DNA of 64,000 nt from Malacoraja senta (Eukaryota): contig JAXLNO010005343.1 of NCBI GenBank assembly GCA_038087875.1, positions 1-64,000 on the forward strand, read 5' to 3'. This document shows positions 1 to 11,979 of the stretch, in pieces; the first letter of the stretch is position 1; the number at the start of each line of letters is the position of its first letter. The notes under the pieces were generated by a model. The model did not search any database. It was not told the origin of the DNA and worked only from the letters and a program-made list of their open reading frames with translations. The translations under genes and the position numbers were made by a program.

Positions 1-153
1 GTATAAACCAGTATCTGCCGTTCATTTTTTATTACTTTTAGTCGGCAGTCTTTTATAATAATTTCTGATCCTGCGATGCTCTCGTGCCTGCATGAGATTT
101 AAAGCAACTTACAACATGAACTAATGTTCTTCCTCCTAATTTTCATCTCGTAG

Positions 154-270
154 ACCAAGCAGAAACCAATGCATGCTAAAGTGATCTACGCTCCGCTCTT
201 TACGGCTGGAAACAAGAAAAGAGAGCAAACAATTGTACGGATAATGCCACTGACAACTAACAGCCAATAA
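154..270 (+). CDS. Terminal (ITIM) exon of an upstream paralogous Ig-superfamily receptor gene whose other exons lie before the window
   Basis: Pyrimidine-rich acceptor (ttttcatctcgtag) followed by TKQKPMHAKVIYAPLFTAGNKKREQ...SQ*. It has the same register as the last exon at 51084 (TKRVNASQKLIYASV): TK at 1-2, K at 9, IYA at 11-13. VIYAPL fits the ITIM consensus. AATAAA overlaps the stop (266-271). Confidence 0.7.
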   Translation, partial: TKQKPMHAKVIYAPLFTAGNKKREQTIVRIMPLTTNSQ

Positions 271-619
271 AGCAAATGCGAGGTGCAGATATTATCTATT
301 CAGAATGGAATCCCGTAGTGTCCTTGCTCAAAGTGATGTCTTGTTATTTGTGTAATTACTTAACAGCTCGTCCATTCTCTGACAAAAAGCTGCAACAGCC
401 CTCAGAGAAAGTGCGAGATTTACTATTTAGCACGCATGAAGCACTAATTTTACGTTAAAACTTCTAACCAACTGAGCCCTTCACTTTCAACACTTGGGGC
501 GAAATGGGTTGCAACTAATTGCCCAAGTTTTGTTCAAGTAAGATTCGGTGTCCATGCGTTTGACAACTGCGCTCTTTGTCATTGAACATGTTTTGTAAAG
601 GTAGGCAACTAAATTATGA

Positions 620-915
620 TTTCAACCCGAAACAAAAAGACCCATGCAAAATGCATAGCGTTTAGAGGGGATCCAAAAGTGACTTTACTCCGGCAGAGAT
701 TGCTTGGCATCTGGAATACACTGTCGGACGAGTGGAGTAATGTACTTTTGCAACATTTATGAAGCGTCCTTACAAGCACCCGAATTGCCAAGATATAACA
801 GACCACGAAACGAGTGCTAGAAAACTAAATTAGGATGGATCATTTCTTGATGGTTCGCATGTCAATATAGGCCGAAAGGTCTGTTTATACGCTGCACCGC
901 TCTGCGACTCAATGA
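620..915 (+). mobile_element. Old, degenerate CR1 LINE 3' end
   Basis: RQRLLGIWNTLSDE resembles CR1 TQRVVGVWNALP, followed by a ggccgaaaggtctgttt-type tail. Confidence 0.4.
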
Positions 916-2739
916 AACGAGCAGACTGACAGCATCGTAATCTCCATAGAAACAAAGCGTCGTGCATCATGGAGTTAGGGCTTGAGACGAACTCGTCCAC
1001 ATAGAACAGTGAGCACCCATCCGTATTAGGGCCATCTCCCATCACCTGCCCATTTTCCTATCTCGAGCTGTTTACAAGTAACTTGAATCGGGTATATTAC
1101 TTTATTGATGTATACTTTGGTCTTGGGTGCAGTCCATTTTATTTTATTCAATTGAAATCGGGATTGAACAGTGACCAAACTGCGCAGAAAAGCTGAAAGG
1201 CAGCTTTAATTGATATATTATGCATAAAATCAGCATTTCGGCATAATCACTTGACGCCACAAAGTTGATATTCTACTCAGTATTCTACTCAGAAACGTAG
1301 GAAGGGCGCAAACTATTATCTTTTAAACATAGTAACGATTAAGACTCGGTGAAATATTCCAGGTCATTCTTGCAAGAATGGAGTTCCTAGATGGCAGGAG
1401 GGGCAGGACGGGCAGGGGAAATTGAAAAAGTGAAATGTCACGCCCCCAGATCTAACGACATGCTGGTTGACATTGCAATTCAATGCGATTTTTCTTTCCG
1501 GTCAGCACACCCTTGATTCGGCATTGTCTAATTATCCAATGATTTCACCTTTAACGGTATTCAGCGACTGACGATCCACAGCACTCTGACGTTGAAATCT
1601 CCAAAGATACCGAACCGTGCAATACGCTGGGAGAAATGTTATGAACTCTGCCTATAACAGCTATCTCTTTATCGTAAAACGATATTCCTTGCTCTTAACT
1701 AAGAGGAACGGCATTAATTTAGAAATACTATATTCCGTTAAATTAAAAAAACAGATTTAGTATCTATCAAGTAGAAACATTACGAACCAAATATCGTTCG
1801 TGTTTTAGTGCTAAAGTCGGGGCCGGATGGGAAGTGCCAGCAGTTAAATCTGAGGGCTTCTAACTCGAGAGATTGGAATGCCGCTTAAAAGAAACCTGCA
1901 GAAAAGTTACCATAATAGCCCAACCGGATAGAACTTTTGCTCGCCTGCTCGGCTTCAGCGGGACCTGCTACTTTTCTTTGTTATTTTATTTGTGATCAAC
2001 GTTCCGAGATAACAAATCACGTCTGTCAATTGATTGCACAGGCGGAAAAACCTAACTGAATATGGATATTTTCCTTTTCCCATCATACTTACACGTTCAC
2101 ATTCTGTAAAATAATATGCACTTCCAAGCGTGTGTTTGCCGCATTCTTTCCAGTCACCTTGCAATCGCTGAATGTTACAAGTGTACGGACAGATTAAAAA
2201 CAAACATGATCAGAAATAGAAATACTGTACATCATATGAATAAATATCGAAACGGTCAGAGACCAATCCGTCTTGACCGGGTTGTGAAAAAATAAAAATC
2301 GTTTAGTTTAGTTTAATATTGTAACGTGTGCTGGGGTATATTGGAAAGTCTTTTGTTGCATGCTATCAGTCAAAGACTATACATCATTACTATCAAGCCG
2401 TCCACAGTGTACCATTAAAGGATAATAGCCTTCAAATATCATTAAATGGGAAGGACTGGAGCTTCGGGATTGCGAAATCTATAATATTGCAATGGTCGGT
2501 GTGCACGTAATAAATGCTCCGCGTGTATGGATGGATCCGTAAAATCGGAAGTAAAGTAAGCATATCATTTTCATGGCCTTATTTCAGAACAGCAGGAGGG
2601 TAGAGAACCGCAGGTGTTCATGCAAGTACAGAAGCAGAGAATAGGAAGTGGAGGGGTAAAGGACTATAACAGAGACTGGCGATACGGTGTATAGCCAATC
2701 GAAAGACAATTGATAATAACATGATCAAACTCTATTTGT

Positions 2740-2905
2740 TAAAGATATAGAAGAAAATGAACTGCAGGTACTGGTTTAACAAGGAAGACAAAATGCTGGA
2801 GTAAATCAGCGGGCCAGACAGCATTCCTGGAGAACTTGGGATAGGTTACGATTCGGGTCAGGACCCTTCTTCATATTGATGACGTTTCGGGTCGAGACCC
2901 TTTCA
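2740..2905 (-). mobile_element. Penelope-like element terminal repeat with degenerate hammerhead motifs
   Basis: The reverse complement contains aagggtctcgacccgaaacgtc and a second degenerate tgaagaagggtcctgacccgaatcgt, plus the typical gctga.ttactccagcattttgtc tail. Confidence 0.65.
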
Positions 2906-2969
2906 CTTGGAATATCTCCGACACCTCACTTCACTTTTTTGTTTTCTCTGCCTCCGTCACAGGGGGCCA

Positions 2970-3960
2970 GACTAGGGACTGACGTCTACTACACGCCTAC
3001 AGACTCCCGCAGTTATCTGGACCACACTTCCTTCCACCATGGCTCATGCAAAGACGGTATCTCCTATTCTCAATTGCACCGACTGCAACACATCAGCTCC
3101 CACGATGCGGCTTTTTCAATCTAGGACATTCAAGACGTCCTCTTGCATTAGTAAAGTCAGTTATTTCTTTCTGTCATAGATGGATCCCTGACTCGCGTCC
3201 TTTCTGTGCCCCGTAGCTCTGCTCCCGCTCCCATTCCCCCCAAACAGAACAAGGATAGTGTCCTCAACTTTCACCCCACTAGCCACTGAATCCAATACAT
3301 CAGCCTTGGGTATTTCTGTTACCTCCAATGCGATCCCACCACTAATCACATCCTCCCACTTTTGTCTACCTTCGATTTTCCAGCAGCAGCAGTTCCTTCT
3401 TGAACATTTTATCTACTCCACTGCGATATCTCCTCAAGGTATGCCTACTTTGAAGAAGTTCTCCTCCTCCCTCCGAAGACAGTTTCACAACCTCCTCTCT
3501 GACTGCCCCCCCCTCTGTGTCCTCCTCTTCCTTTCTCCTGCCCACCCCCGCCCTCCCCCGCCTCCCCACCCTGCATCAGTCTGAAGAAGGCTTTCGGCCC
3601 GAAACGTTGCCTATTTCCTTCGCTCCATAGATGCTGCCGCGCCCGCTGAGTTTCTCCAGCACTTTTGTCTACCTCCCATCTCCATCCCTTTCTACCTTCT
3701 GAAGAGACTGTTCCCTTTGCAACTCATTGGTTGAGGCAATAAAGGTAGAGTTCCCCTGTTCCTTACCTTTCACTCTACTAGCCTCCGCATCCACCACATC
3801 ATTATCCTACATGTCCGGCATCTCTGACGTGATCACTACAGCAGTCATATCTTACCATCTCCACCCACTCTGCGTTTGCAGAGATCACTCCTTCTACAAT
3901 TCCATGGTTTGTTCATCCCTTCCCACCCAAATCACCTCCTCCCTATTACTTCCCCCTGTC
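2970..3960 (+). mobile_element. Penelope-like retroelement fragments (RT thumb/linker, partial tandem)
   Basis: VYYTPTDSRSYLDHTSFH...SYSQLHRLQHI matches the PLE RT motif YYKPTDSHxYLDYTSSHP. A terminal repeat lies at 3575-3680 and a second linker copy at 3730-3960. Confidence 0.8.
3575..3612 (+). ncRNA. Minimal type I hammerhead ribozyme motif (PLE-associated)
   Basis: CTGAAGA - stem II (ggc tttcg gcc) - GAAAC-GTT, with a palindromic AACGTT helix III. Confidence 0.6.
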
Positions 3961-3974
3961 CCCTAATGCATGGC

Positions 3975-4750
3975 GCATTGAGGTTAATATAGAGAAGTGT
4001 GAGCTATTGCTTTTTTGGAACTAAAACCAGGGCAGGGCGACACAGTGAATGGCAGAGCCCTGGGGATTGACAGGGCAGAAGGATGTGGGAGTACACGTAC
4101 ATAGTTCCTTGAAAGTGGAGTCACGGGTAGATAGGGTAGCCAAGAAAGCTTTCAGTATATCGGCCTTCATCAGTCAGAGTATTTAATCTAGAGGTTGGGA
4201 GGGCTTGTTACAGTTATGCATGACATTGGTGTGGTAACGCTCATAGTATTGTGTTCTGTTTTGGTCACTCTGTTGCAGGACATATGCTATTAAGATGGAA
4301 AGGTTGCAGAGAAGTGTTACGATGATGTTGCCAGGACACAATGCCCGGGCTATAGAGAAATTGAGCAGGCTAGGAATTTATTCCTTGGTGCAGAAGAATG
4401 AGGGGTGATCTTACAGAAGTTACAAGATCATGAGAGGAATATGGTACTTTTACCCAGAGATGGGGAATCGACAAGCAGAGGACATCGGTTTGAAGTGAGT
4501 GTGGAAATTTTTTATAAGAACCTGCGGAGCAACGTTTTTCCACAAAGGGTGGGCGGTGTGTGGAACGAGCAGCCAGAGGAAGTAATTGAAGCAGGTACTA
4601 TAACAATGTTTACAAAACCATTAGAAAGGTACATCGACGATAGGTTTAGATGGATAAGGGCCAAACACAGGCAAGTGGGTCGAGTGTAGATGTGGCATGT
4701 TGGTCGGCGCGGGCAAGCTGGGATAAAGGTCCTGTTTACACGCTATGTGA
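3975..4750 (+). mobile_element. Degenerate CR1 LINE 3' fragment inserted in the Penelope-like element
   Basis: NVFPQRVGGVWNEQPEEVIEAGTITMF motif and a tatgactctatgactc tail. Confidence 0.8.
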
Positions 4751-4759
4751 CTCTATGAC

Positions 4760-5160
4760 TCTCCCTAAGTCTAACCGCAGGAAATGCAACACCTGTCCTT
4801 ATACCACCCTCGCCTCCATTCAGGGACCCAGGAAGTCCTTCCAGGTGAGACAGAAGTTTACGTGCACCTCCACCAACCCTATGTACTCCATCCGCTCTTC
4901 CCTATGTGGCCTCATGTACATCCACTGGACTGAATGTCGCCTCTGCAACCATTTCGCTCCTAACACTTGTGTTTGATCGCCAAGGCCTGGCTAACTATTT
5001 TAGCCCCACTTTTTATTCCCATACTAACCCTTCTGGCCTGGGCCTCCTCCATTCCCAGAGTGAGTCCACACGCAAACTGGAGAACAGTGCCTCATATTCT
5101 GCTTGGGTTAAAACCCAACACTATTAAAATTGAATTCTCCAATTTAGCTAACCTGTAACG
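4760..5160 (+). mobile_element. Penelope-like element GIY-YIG endonuclease remnant
   Basis: KSFQVRQKFTCTSTNPMYSIRSSLCGLMYI matches the PLE consensus FQVRQRFTCTSSNLVYCIRCSxCGLLYIGET. Confidence 0.8.
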
Positions 5161-5529
5161 AACCCCCCCTCCCGCCATCACATTCCCCCCCATAAACCCT
5201 CACCTCTTTCTCACCCCCCCCCCCGCACATCCTTGAGCCCTGGCTGACCATGTATCTACCTCTTCCTTCCCTTCCTTCTTTACTCACAGTCTTACACAAT
5301 TTTCTACTTGTCAATCCTCCAGCTCTACAGTTCGCAACTCTTAAATTCTTTCGTCCCACAACTTGGTGTGTGTACACCATGTGTAAATATATTTATACCC
5401 ATTGTCCAATCATCTGCTTATCACCACCCCTCCCGCCTCTGATCACCTATGACCTGTCATACTTTCTCCTGCCCCTCCACTCAAGCGACAAGTAAGCATA
5501 ATTCCCAGACGAGCTCAATTACGCACACT

Positions 5530-5700
5530 TTGTTCGGGAAAACACTGATGTGGCTTCCCGAGGCCCCATAGCCCCGATGGTATCACAATGTCTGTCACAG
5601 AGGCCGACATCAGATTATTCTTCAGGAGGGTGAACTCTGGAAAAGCGTCTGGACCTGATGGCATGCCTGGTCATGTTCTTACAACCTGTGCAGACCAATC
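5530..5700 (+). mobile_element. Rex1/Babar-like LINE RT fragment
   Basis: TEADIRLFFRRVNSGKASGPDGMPGHVLTTCADQ resembles Rex1 KAAGPDGIPGRVLKxCADQL. Confidence 0.6.
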
Positions 5701-5789
5701 GTCTCAGAGCGATTCCCAAATGTGTAATTATATTTGTTTCGCGATTGTTTGACTCCATGTTCAATATTAACTTTACGTCTTAAATGTTA

Positions 5790-5900
5790 AAGGTGGCATA
5801 GTGGCGTGGCGGTAGTGCTGTTGCTTCACATCGCCAGAAACCAGGGCTCAATCCTCACTACGGCCACTGTATATACGAAGTTTGCACTATCTCCCTGTGA
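5790..5900 (+). mobile_element. tRNA-derived V-SINE (HE1-like) 5' fragment
   Basis: A-box-like tggcgtggcgg, B-box-like gggctcaatcct, then the start of the V-domain (gaagtttgcactatctccctgtga). Confidence 0.55.
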
Positions 5901-6889
5901 GAGTTATGAGCAAACGTGAATTAGATGGCTTTCGCAACTTTGTTTAGTGGATTAGCACAAGCAAAATCTAGGTGTTATGCTTGACATATCTTTCTTTTTA
6001 AGAGAAAAGGTACAGGCTTGGCGAAAGATAGGCGAATTTTACATGCAAAACAGATGAAGAACGGATGCTTCACTACTCGTGCGAACAACATTTTTTCAGA
6101 CAACCATCACTGTGATGTGGTTACTGTTGCATTAAAACAGTATCAATGCGTGCAAAGAAGCACTTATTCGCCTATCCTTAATATCACGCATTGGGTGAAT
6201 TACAACGCAATGGAAACGCTATCTGTGGTTGCTAAATGTAGTGGTTACAACAGAAATTCTACAATACATTTTATGGGTTAATAGCATTGGCGCATTTGAA
6301 ATGTATTCGTTCAGCCCACAGTGAAAATTGTCATTGCAATGGCCGTAATGATGTCTGTTAATGAACGCTGACGTGGCTTCTGTGGTTATTTGAATGACAT
6401 ATAACTCAGCATTGCAAGTCTTAAAACTTTCCGAATATGCGGTTGATTTTTTTTTTTAACAGGTGTGAAACCATAAACACGGGAAAAGGAAAGTGTTATA
6501 CAAGGGACTGAAGACGCTGGTCCTAACCTTAAACATTGTCCATCGTTTTTCTTCCACTTGTGCCATCTGCAACGCCGTGGTTTTAAGAACACTTCCTCCT
6601 TACAGCAAAATTAATGTCTGTTTTGGTTTTCCATATATTGAACAAAATGTGTGTGCCCATCGAAGATCATCCCGGTTGACAATGGAACGATCACGCAGGT
6701 ATGTCTGAAAGGTTCTCATTCTTTCTGTCCTGTGGCTTCTCCCCCGCAAGAGTAGATGGAACCCTTGCTTGAAGCTCATCTAGTTCCTGAACTAATCGTT
6801 ACTTTCAACCCCACCAGTCTCCACATCCAAAGCGTCACACAAAGTAATTAATAGAAGCGGTAATAAGATACCACCACCGACATACCGTC

Positions 6890-7260
6890 ATAGCGTGATA
6901 CATTGTGGAAACAGGCCCCTCGGCCCAACTTGCCCACACCGGCCAACTATGTCCCAGCTACACTAGTCCCACTTGCCTGCGCTTGGTCCATATCCCTCCA
7001 AACCTGTCCTATCCATGAACCTGTCTAACTCTTTCTTAAATGATGGGATGTTCCCAGCCTCAACTACCTCTTCTGGAAGCTTGTTCCATACACCCACCAC
7101 CCTTTGTGTGAAAACGTTACCCATCAGAATCCTATTAAATATTTTCCCCTTCACCTTGAACCAAAGTCGTCTGGTCCTCGATTCCCTTGCTCAGGGCAGA
7201 AGACTCTGTGCATCCACGCGATCTATTCCTCTCATGTTTTTGTATACATCTAGAAGATCT
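6890..7260 (-). mobile_element. CR1 LINE 3' end within repeat A (copies at about 9189-9559 and 11490-11890)
   Basis: ORF KGKIFNRILMGNVFTQRVVGVWNKLPEEVVEAG...GKWD with a CR1 tail. Confidence 0.9.
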
Positions 7261-7345
7261 AGGTGTATACAACGTTTACAAACATCGGCCTCAGCTCACA
7301 CCCGGGCGGACGGGTGTGAGCTGAGGCCGATGTTTGTAAACGTTG
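7240..7345. repeat. Two abutting fold-back palindromes at the A/B junction (copy 2 at 9539-9644)
   Basis: ttgtatacatctaga-aga-tctaggtgtatacaa (15-bp stem, 1 mismatch) overlaps by caa with a perfect 35-bp stem (7270-7304 / 7311-7345, loop ggcgga). Confidence 0.95.
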
Positions 7346-7696
7346 CTCCAACCCCCGCCCTGCCCTCCGTGTATTGTTCACGCGTCTCCCCGGAGAGAGA
7401 GGGGGGCGGAGCCGGGGTTGTTTGCGTGAAGCACGGCGACTGGAGGGGAGGGAGCGCTGCCGTGAGCGAACGACCCACCTCCCCCTCTCCCCCTTCTCCA
7501 TTCCCCCTCACACCCCCCTCCGCGTCTACCCCTTTCGTCCCTCTCCACCCCTCTACTCTCTCTCTCCGCCCCTCTCTCCGCCCTCCACCCGGGGTAAATC
7601 TACCCGAGCCGAGAGTAGATTACTCTGGCGCGGGGCCCCCTTACTCACGGGGCCCAATTGGGAGCAATCGGTCCAATCGGCTTAAGGCCGGCCCTG
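7346..7696 (-). mobile_element. One-ended non-autonomous DNA transposon (hAT-like; copy 2 at 9645-9995)
   Basis: The terminus reads CAGGGCCGGCCTTAAGCCGATTGGACCGATTGCTCCCAATTGGGCCCC on the minus strand, typical of hAT MITE ends. The other end is replaced by the hairpin junction. Confidence 0.55.
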
Positions 7697-7893
7697 ATTA
7701 TACAGTGAGGATAAATATTCGTTTCGGCTTTGCAGGAAACCATGCTCTTAATTGCCGCCCTGATATGCGATTCCATCTCGAGGCATCATTCAATGGATCC
7801 CACCTCCAATAATTGCATTTTCTCCCATGATGAACCTTTCCACACAGGTTTGATTTGATTGCAAAATACAGAATGCAATCAAGCCCTTCGTCA

Positions 7894-8651
7894 CAGGGGC
7901 GGAAATCGCTGTCAAAACATGGGGGGGGGCACAATTTCTTGGTGCCCGCATGCGCATGCGCACGCGCACACGCACACGCACGCGCGAGAATTCGGAGGCT
8001 TCGGCTGTGGGCCCTGTGGACGGTAACATCGGGAGTTGCACTGGTTGGTGACCGACTCGGAACTCCAGCAGCTTCGTCCGCCCGAATCGTGTGGCTTCAA
8101 TCGGCCCATTCGCGGGACCTTTCATCGCCCAGCACGGTTTAAAACCGGCCGCGGGACCTTCCATCCGCCGGCGGGAGCTTCGACATCGGGAGCATCTTTC
8201 GCCTCGACGCAACAATTTGACGCGGCCGCGTCTCGCCAGGCGATGAAAGGCCACGCGAATGGACAGATTCGAACTCCCCTCCATGATCTTTGCTCTACCA
8301 GGACGTCTCCCTTCTCCAAACACCGCGCTCTATCCTCAGTCCCACCCCCTACTTCCGCCTCTGACCGCTACGTCCCTCCTCCAATCATCGCACTAAATCA
8401 TCATGTCCCGCCTCCCACCCCCCCCCCCGCCCCACCCACTACTTGCTGACCGACGTCTCACTCGTCCAATCGGCGCCCTTGATCAGTTCCATCTCCACTG
8501 TCTCGCGGAATGCGGAGATTTTTAATAGATTTGTTTTCACCGAATTTCAAAATCCGGATTAGAAAACATGGGAGGTGGGGGGGGGGTTATCCCCCACCCC
8601 TCAAAACATGGAGGGGATGTGTCCCCCTGCCCCACCGGATTTCCACACATG
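7894..8651 (+). mobile_element. hAT-like MITE (copy 2 at 10193-10952)
   Basis: Imperfect TIR CAGGGGCGGAAATC / CATGTGTGGAAATC (11/14), flanked by an 8-bp near-TSD cttcgtca / cttcatcc. Confidence 0.65.
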
Positions 8652-11600
8652 CTTCATCCCACCGAGGCCACTATTTCTATATTATCCCACATTCGGATTT
8701 ACCCACTGTAGATTACCATATTAATCCAGGCCTATATAAAATCTCCACTACACATAGTTCAGATTCGGGTTCTTATTATTTCCCCTCTCACCATAAAACC
8801 ATGTCATTTAGTTCTTGATTGCTCAATCCAGTGAAAATATTCCCGTGCATTCACCCAATCTACTTATCTCATGATTTCTCCTCGGGTGTCATGAGTTAAG
8901 GTATTCTTATTTCGTCCCTTGGCAGTGCTCCTATTCCATGCCATCAGTTCCCAATCTACAGTATGACACATTGGTTGACAATGGAACGATCACGCAGGTA
9001 TGTCTGAAAGGTTCTCATTCGTTCTGTCCTGTGGCTTCTCCCCCGCAAGAGTAGATGGAACCCTTGCTTGAAGCTCATCTAGTTCCTGAACTAATCGTTA
9101 CTTTCAACCCCACCAGTCTCCACATCCAAAGCGTCACACAAAGTCATTAATAGAAGCGCTAATAAGATACCACCACCGACATACCGTCATAGCGTGATAC
9201 ATTGTGGAAACAGGCCCCTCGTCCCAACTTGCCCACACCGGCCAACTATGTCCCAGCTACACTAGTCCCACTTGCCTGCGCTTGGTCCATATCCCCCCAA
9301 ACCTGTCCTATCCATGAACCTGTCTAACTCTTTCTTAAATGATGGGATGTTCCCAGCCTCAACTACCTCTTCTGGAAGCTTGTTCCATACACCCACCACC
9401 CTTTGTGTGAAAACGTTACCCATCAGAATCCTATTAAATATTTTCCCCTTCACCTTGAACCAAAGTCGTCTGGTCCTCGATTCCCTTGCTCAGGGCAGAA
9501 GACTCTGTGCATCCACGCGATCTATTCCTCTCATGTTTTTGTATACATCTAGAAGATCTAGGTGTATACAACGTTTACAAACATCGGCCTCAGCTCACAC
9601 CCGGGCGGACGGGTGTGAGCTGAGGCCGATGTTTGTAAACGTTGCTCCAACCCCCGCCCTGCCCTCCGTGTATTGTTCACGCGTCTCCCCCGAGAGAGAG
9701 GGGGGCGGAGCCGGGGTTGTTTGCGTGAAGCACGGCGACTGGAGGGGAGGGAGCGCTGCCGTGAGCGAACGACCCACCTCCCCCTCTCCCCCTTCTCCAT
9801 TCCCCCTCACACCCCCCTCCGCGTCTACCCCTTTCGTCCCTCTCCACCCCTCTACTCTCTCTCTCCGCCCCTCTCTCCCCCCTCCACCCGGGGTAAATCT
9901 ATCCGAGCCGAGAGTAGATTACTCTGGCGCGGGGCCCCCTTACTCACGGGGCCCAATTGGGAGCAATCGGTCCAATCGGCTTAAGGCCGGCCCTGATTAT
10001 ACAGTGAGGATAAATATTCGTTTCGGCTTTGCAGGAAACCATGCTCTTAATTGCCGCCCTGATATGCGATTCCATCTCGAGGCATCATTCAATGGATCCC
10101 ACCTCCAATCATTGCATTTTCTCCCATGGTGAACCTTTCCACACAGGTTTGATTTGATTGCAAAATACAGAATGCAATCAAGCCCTTCGTCATAGGGGCT
10201 GAAATCGCTGTCAAAACATGGGGGGGGGGGGCACAATTTCTTGGTGCCCGCATGCGCATACGCACGCGCACACGCACACGCACGCGCGAGAATTCGGAGG
10301 CTTCGGCTGTGGGCCCTGTGGACGGTAACATCGGGAGTTGCACTGGTTGGTGACCGACTCGGAACTCCAGCAGCTTCGTCCGCCCGAATCGTGTGGCTTC
10401 AATCGGCCCGTTCGCGGGACCTTTCATCGCCCAGCACGGTTAAAAAACCGGCCGCGGGACCTTCCATCCCCCGGCGGGAGCTTCAACATCGGGAGCATCT
10501 TTCGCCTCGACGCAACAATTTGACGCGGCCGCGTCTCGCCAGGCGATGAAAGGCCACGCGAATGGACCGATTCGAACTCCCCTCCATGATCTTTGCTCTA
10601 CCAGGACGTCTCCCTTCTCCAAACACCGCGCTCTATCCTCAGTCCCACCCCCTACTTCCGCCTCTGACCGTTACGTCCCTCCTCCAATCATCGCACTAAA
10701 TTATCATGTCCCGCCTCCCACCACCCCCCCCCGCCCCACCCACTAGTTGCTGACCGACGTCTCACTCGTCCAATCGGCGCCCTTGATCAGTTCCATCTCC
10801 ACTGTCTCGCGGAATGCGGAGATTTTTAATAGATTTGTTTTCACCGAATTTCAAAATCCGGACTACAAAACAAGGGAGGGGGGGGGGTTATCCCCCACCC
10901 CTCAAAACATGGAGGGGATGTGTCCCCCTGCCCCACCGGATTTCCACACATGCTTCATCCCACCGAGGCCACTATTTCTATATTATCCCACATTCGGATT
11001 TACCCACTGTAGATTACCATATTAATCCAGGCCTATATAAAATCTCCAATACACATAGTTCAGATTCGGGTTCTTATTATTTCCCCTCTCACCATAAAAC
11101 CATGTCATTTAGTTCTTGATTGCTCAATCCAGTGAAAATATTCCCGTGCATTCACCCAATCTACTTATCTCATGATTTCTCCTCGGATGTCATGAGTTAA
11201 GGTATTCTTATTTCGTCCCTTGGCAGTGCTCCTATTCCTTGCCATCAGTTCCCAATCTACAGTATGACACATTGGTTGACAATGGAACGATCACGCAGGT
11301 ATGTCTGAAAGGTTCTCATCATTTCTGTCCTGTGGCTTCTCCCCCGCAAGAGTAGATGGAACCCTTGCTTGAAGCTCATCTAGTTCCTGAACTAATCGTT
11401 ACTTTCAACCCCACCAGTCTCCACATCCAAAGCGTCACACAAAGTAATTAATAGAAGCGCTAATAAGATACCACCACCGACATACCGTCATAGCGTGATA
11501 CATTGTGGAAACAGGCCCCTCGGCCCAACTTGCCCACACCGGCCAACTATGTCCCAGCTACACTAGTCCCACTTGCCTGCGCTTGGTCCATATCCCTCCA

Positions 11601-11979
11601 AACCTGTCCTATCCATGAACCTGTCTAACTCTTTCTTAAATTTTGGGATGTTCCCAGCCTGAACTACCTCTTCTGACAGCTTGTTCCATACACCCACCAC
11701 CCTTTGTGTGAAAACGTTACCCATCAGAATCCTATTAAATATTTTCCCCTTCACCTTGAACCAAAGTCTTCTGGTCCTCGATTCCCTTGCTCTGGGCAGA
11801 AGACTCTGTGCATCCACGCGATCTATTCCTCTCCTGTTTTTGTATACATCTAGAAGATCTCCCCTCATCGTCCTGTGCTCTATGGAATAGAAATCACGTT
11901 TAAAACAGGGGGGGGGGGCACAATTGCCTGGCGGCCCGATGACGAGTGTGCATGACAACTAACAAATTTATCTCCTCCC

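Larger units (their letters stand above)
6674..11858. repeat. Tandem array A-B-A-B-A, unit about 2300 bp
   Basis: ggttgacaatggaacgatcacgcagg recurs at 6674, 8973 and 11274. A is about 587 bp (unique DNA + CR1 3' end) and B about 1712 bp. Copies differ by scattered SNPs and homopolymer lengths. Confidence 0.97.

Noticed and set aside
1424-1436. IRF-like AAAAGTGAAA motif
   Set aside because: A single short motif in AT-rich DNA with no linked transcription start.
7745-7790. MLLIAALICDSIS as a second leader exon inside repeat B
   Set aside because: No suitable donor and no similarity to the receptor leader.
6973-7812. 279/286-aa ORFs (also 9272-10132) and other GC-rich ORFs in the array
   Set aside because: They are chimeras of antisense CR1, hairpin and MITE sequence. 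The stop codon differs between copies and no domain is recognisable.
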